Shown: one piece after another, positions 61,815 to 64,000 of the stretch | How the letters are laid out: every line of letters starts with the position of its first letter | Position numbering within the stretch: position 1 is the first letter of the stretch | Origin: Gammaproteobacteria bacterium | GTDB taxonomy: Bacteria; Pseudomonadota; Gammaproteobacteria; Eutrophobiales; Eutrophobiaceae | Length of the DNA stretch: 64,000 nucleotides | Direction: 5' to 3' | Assembly: GCA_965248145.1 (NCBI GenBank) | Contig: OZ252091.1 | Coordinates: forward strand, 3,047,222 to 3,111,221 | Notes under the pieces: model-generated | What the model was told of the DNA's origin: nothing | Database searches by the model: none | What the model saw: only the letters and a program-made list of their open reading frames with translations | Program-made: the position numbers and the translations under genes

Positions 61815-63395
61815 TTACAGTAATAACCCTCTACGCTTGTCCGTCACCTGCAGGATCTTATCGACAAGCACTTCAGAATCGTTATCAATCGGTCGATCAA
61901 CGACTCTATACGTTGCAACAAGTTCGGTAGAGTTCAGTTCACAATGAAGGTAACCTCGCTGATCGCCGCCGAAATATTGTGTGTGCGGATTTTCAGGTAA
62001 CGCCTCAGCTACAGAAGAGGACCACAGGCACGGCGATGATATGGACGTTACGGCAAGCTCTGCTGCAACCGGTGTGGCTGATTCGGGTTGCGAGAAATCT
62101 TTGAGCACATCAAAGGCTGCTCCGCAATGCCAATCACCGCTGATTACTACAGGATTTTCAAGATTAGGATTGGCAATCTCGGTTATTATTCTAGATCGTT
62201 GTGCTGTATAACCATCCCATTGATCCATGTTGAATCGATTTTCGGGGTAGCGGAACTCACTAAACCACGTCTGCTGTGCAATCAGATTCCATCTCGCATC
62301 GCTTTGTCTCAATGTGTTGGCCAACCATCGTTCCTGGTCGAGACCAATCATCGTCTTACCAGGATTGTAACGATCACTACAGTCAACATCGCCCGGAAAC
62401 GCCTGCCCACAAGGCTGGTCGGAACGATACTGCCGGGTATCCAACATGACCAAATTTAATTGCCGCCCGAATTTGAACTGATCATGTATACGCAATGAGG
62501 AGTTCAGCCCATTTAGCGACGGCCGTTGTTCCAGTGGCATATGCTCGTAAAACGCCTTTAATGCGGCCCAGCGCCGAACACGAAATTCAAGATCCGTCTG
62601 TCGATCCGGGTCCTCCGGAATATATCCTGCCCAGTTATTGTCTATTTCGTGATCATCGAAAGATACTACCCATGGGGTCGCTGCATGAGCTGCCTGCAGG
62701 TCGGGATCGAGCCGATACTGAGCATACCGGTTGCGGTAGTCCCAAAGCGTGCGAATCTCCGGGCTCAGGTGTTGACGGACTACTGTAATATCCGGACCAG
62801 ACTCAATTAGTCCCGCTTCAACAAGGGGATGCGGGGCCGTACCTAAGGGGGTTGGGGCATATTCATAGATGTAATCTCCCAGGTGCACCACCAGATCAGG
62901 CCTGGTTGCGGCCATGTCTCGATAAGCACCATAGAAACCATATTCAAAGTGTTGGCAGGAAGCGAATGCCAAACGTAAAGGCAAGTCATCGCTTCTGGCA
63001 GGCGCTGTTAGCGTTCGGCCAATCGGGCTGGCGTCTTCGCCCAGGTAGAATTGATAAAAATACTCCGTATACGGTTTGAGTCCTGATGCTGTAAAGTGAA
63101 CACTGTGAGCGTCTTCGGCAGGTGCAGTAACAACCCTGTCAATGACCGAATGTCGAAGACCGGGGTCGAGGCACACCCTGCACCGGAGTTTCAAGTCCGT
63201 TTTTGTTGCACCACCACCTTCTAAAGGCGCAGGAGCAACTCTGGTCCAAAGTGTAACCCTGTCTTCCCTCGGACATCCTGAAGCGACACCAAGTGAAAAT
63301 GGGTGGGCGCCGGATTTAGACGCCCACGAACCAGCTAAAGGTGTGGTAGCAATCAATCCTGCAGTTGACAGCAAAAATCTACGCCGGCTGGGCAT
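61815..63395 (-). CDS. phoD: PhoD-family alkaline phosphatase / phosphodiesterase (Tat-exported)
   Basis: The twin-arginine signal is MPSRRRFLLSTAGLIATTPLAG. Metallophosphatase motifs are HLGDYIYEY and FDDHEIDNNW. Confidence 0.85.
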   Translation of the reverse strand: MPSRRRFLLSTAGLIATTPLAGSWASKSGAHPFSLGVASGCPREDRVTLWTRVAPAPLEGGGATKTDLKLRCRVCLDPGLRHSVIDRVVTAPAEDAHSVHFTASGLKPYTEYFYQFYLGEDASPIGRTLTAPARSDDLPLRLAFASCQHFEYGFYGAYRDMAATRPDLVVHLGDYIYEYAPTPLGTAPHPLVEAGLIESGPDITVVRQHLSPEIRTLWDYRNRYAQYRLDPDLQAAHAATPWVVSFDDHEIDNNWAGYIPEDPDRQTDLEFRVRRWAALKAFYEHMPLEQRPSLNGLNSSLRIHDQFKFGRQLNLVMLDTRQYRSDQPCGQAFPGDVDCSDRYNPGKTMIGLDQERWLANTLRQSDARWNLIAQQTWFSEFRYPENRFNMDQWDGYTAQRSRIITEIANPNLENPVVISGDWHCGAAFDVLKDFSQPESATPVAAELAVTSISSPCLWSSSVAEALPENPHTQYFGGDQRGYLHCELNSTELVATYRVVDRPIDNDSEVLVDKILQVTDKRRGLLL

Positions 63396-63513
63396 GTCTC
63401 CTCCTGCGCCAATTTTCTCCGTTTGATGTACCTTGAATGCTAGAATTTATACCGTAGACCGCCCCCCAAGAGCAAAGGGGACCCGTAATGGGCGCTATCC
63501 TGGCCCACAACAG

Positions 63514-64000
63514 TGTCAATTGTCAACAGGAAATTAAAATGTCCACTTTTCAGGATTCTAAAATGTCCCCTGGTGGATAAAGAAATGGCTGTGTCAACCA
63601 TCTTGTGTATCAGTCAGTCTCAGACAACTGTTCCGGTTTCATTACAGGCGCCCGTCCCAACAACCCTGCTTTACGCTTCTCTTTCAGCCGGTAACTCTCC
63701 CCCTTGATATTCAAGGTCGTGGCATGATGCAGTAAGCGGTCCAGGATCGCCGTGGCCAGCACCTGGTCACCGAAGATCTCGCCCCAGTCGATGAAGCTCT
63801 TGTTGGAGGTCAGGATGAGGCTGGCCTTCTCATAACGACGTTGAATGAGACGGAATAACAAGCTGGCATCTTCCCGGGACAAGGGCAGGTAGCCCATCTC
63901 ATCGAGAATGAGCACTTTGGGGTAGACCCATTGTTGCAGTTGTTTCTCCAGGCGGTTCTCATCCCGGGCCCGTTTCAGTTTGCTGAGCAGATTGTCCAGG
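63514..64000 (-). mobile_element. Terminal part of an IS21-family element (continues past the window end)
   Basis: An istB-type gene is followed by a terminus with the repeated motifs aaaatgtccac / aaaatgtcccc. The terminus ends at tgtcaattgtcaaca near 63514. Confidence 0.7.
63610..64000 (-). CDS. istB: IS21-family helper ATPase IstB, C-terminal part (5' end off-window)
   Basis: The frame is open to the window edge: ...LDNLLSKLKRARDENRLEKQLQQWVYPKVLILDEMGYLPLSREDASLLFRLIQRRYEKASLILTSNKSFIDWGEIFGD. Confidence 0.88.
   Translation of the reverse strand, partial: LDNLLSKLKRARDENRLEKQLQQWVYPKVLILDEMGYLPLSREDASLLFRLIQRRYEKASLILTSNKSFIDWGEIFGDQVLATAILDRLLHHATTLNIKGESYRLKEKRKAGLLGRAPVMKPEQLSETD

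Overview
This 64-kb window reads as a chromosomal fragment of a gammaproteobacterium. The minus-strand block leuB-asd-fimV-truA-trpF-trpB-trpA-accD-folC-dedD-cvpA-purF has the classical Pseudomonas-type gene order. The tRNAs carry an encoded CCA, and the tmRNA tag ends in NYALAA. Other core genes are a fadB-like gene (partial), mutS, fdxA, a PP2C phosphatase, nth with an rnfE-like gene, mpl, dps, rppH, mdh, gltA, sucA-sucB-lpdA, phaA-phaR, dapD and ssrA. Four accessory patches interrupt this backbone. (1) About 5.4-20.4 kb is a mosaic toxin-antitoxin and defence island. It holds a DUF433/PIN-like pair bracketed by ~370-bp direct repeats, and a Panacea-domain antitoxin with an unassigned 128-aa partner. 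It also holds an AbiEi-like regulator divergent from a 1356-aa protein (HTH, Mrr-like nuclease, STAND NTPase, helical array), which is the best candidate for a new system. A NYN-domain protein, a type IIG restriction-modification gene split by an IS3-family element, and three short relics of paralogous gene 3' ends complete the island. A tight array of 10 tRNA genes follows it. (2) About 26.0-29.5 kb holds a GC-rich IS1634-family element and a small membrane-protein gene, lying between 729-bp direct duplications of the mpl 5' end and a membrane-protein gene. (3) About 42.0-44.5 kb holds a convergent, overlapping type II R-M pair and an orphan HigA2-like HTH gene. (4) From 58.8 kb to the window end is a decayed island downstream of ssrA. 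It contains higA with a frameshifted higB, a serine recombinase with a stop codon, an OLD/ABC-type ATPase with a truncated Toprim partner, phoD and one end of an IS21 element. The intergenic regions carry at least seven families of short palindromic or structured repeats. Two of these sit in equivalent promoter-proximal positions of unrelated housekeeping genes. No CRISPR array, rRNA gene or intact prophage was seen. All calls rest on reading the sequence and the ORF translations by eye, with no database search.
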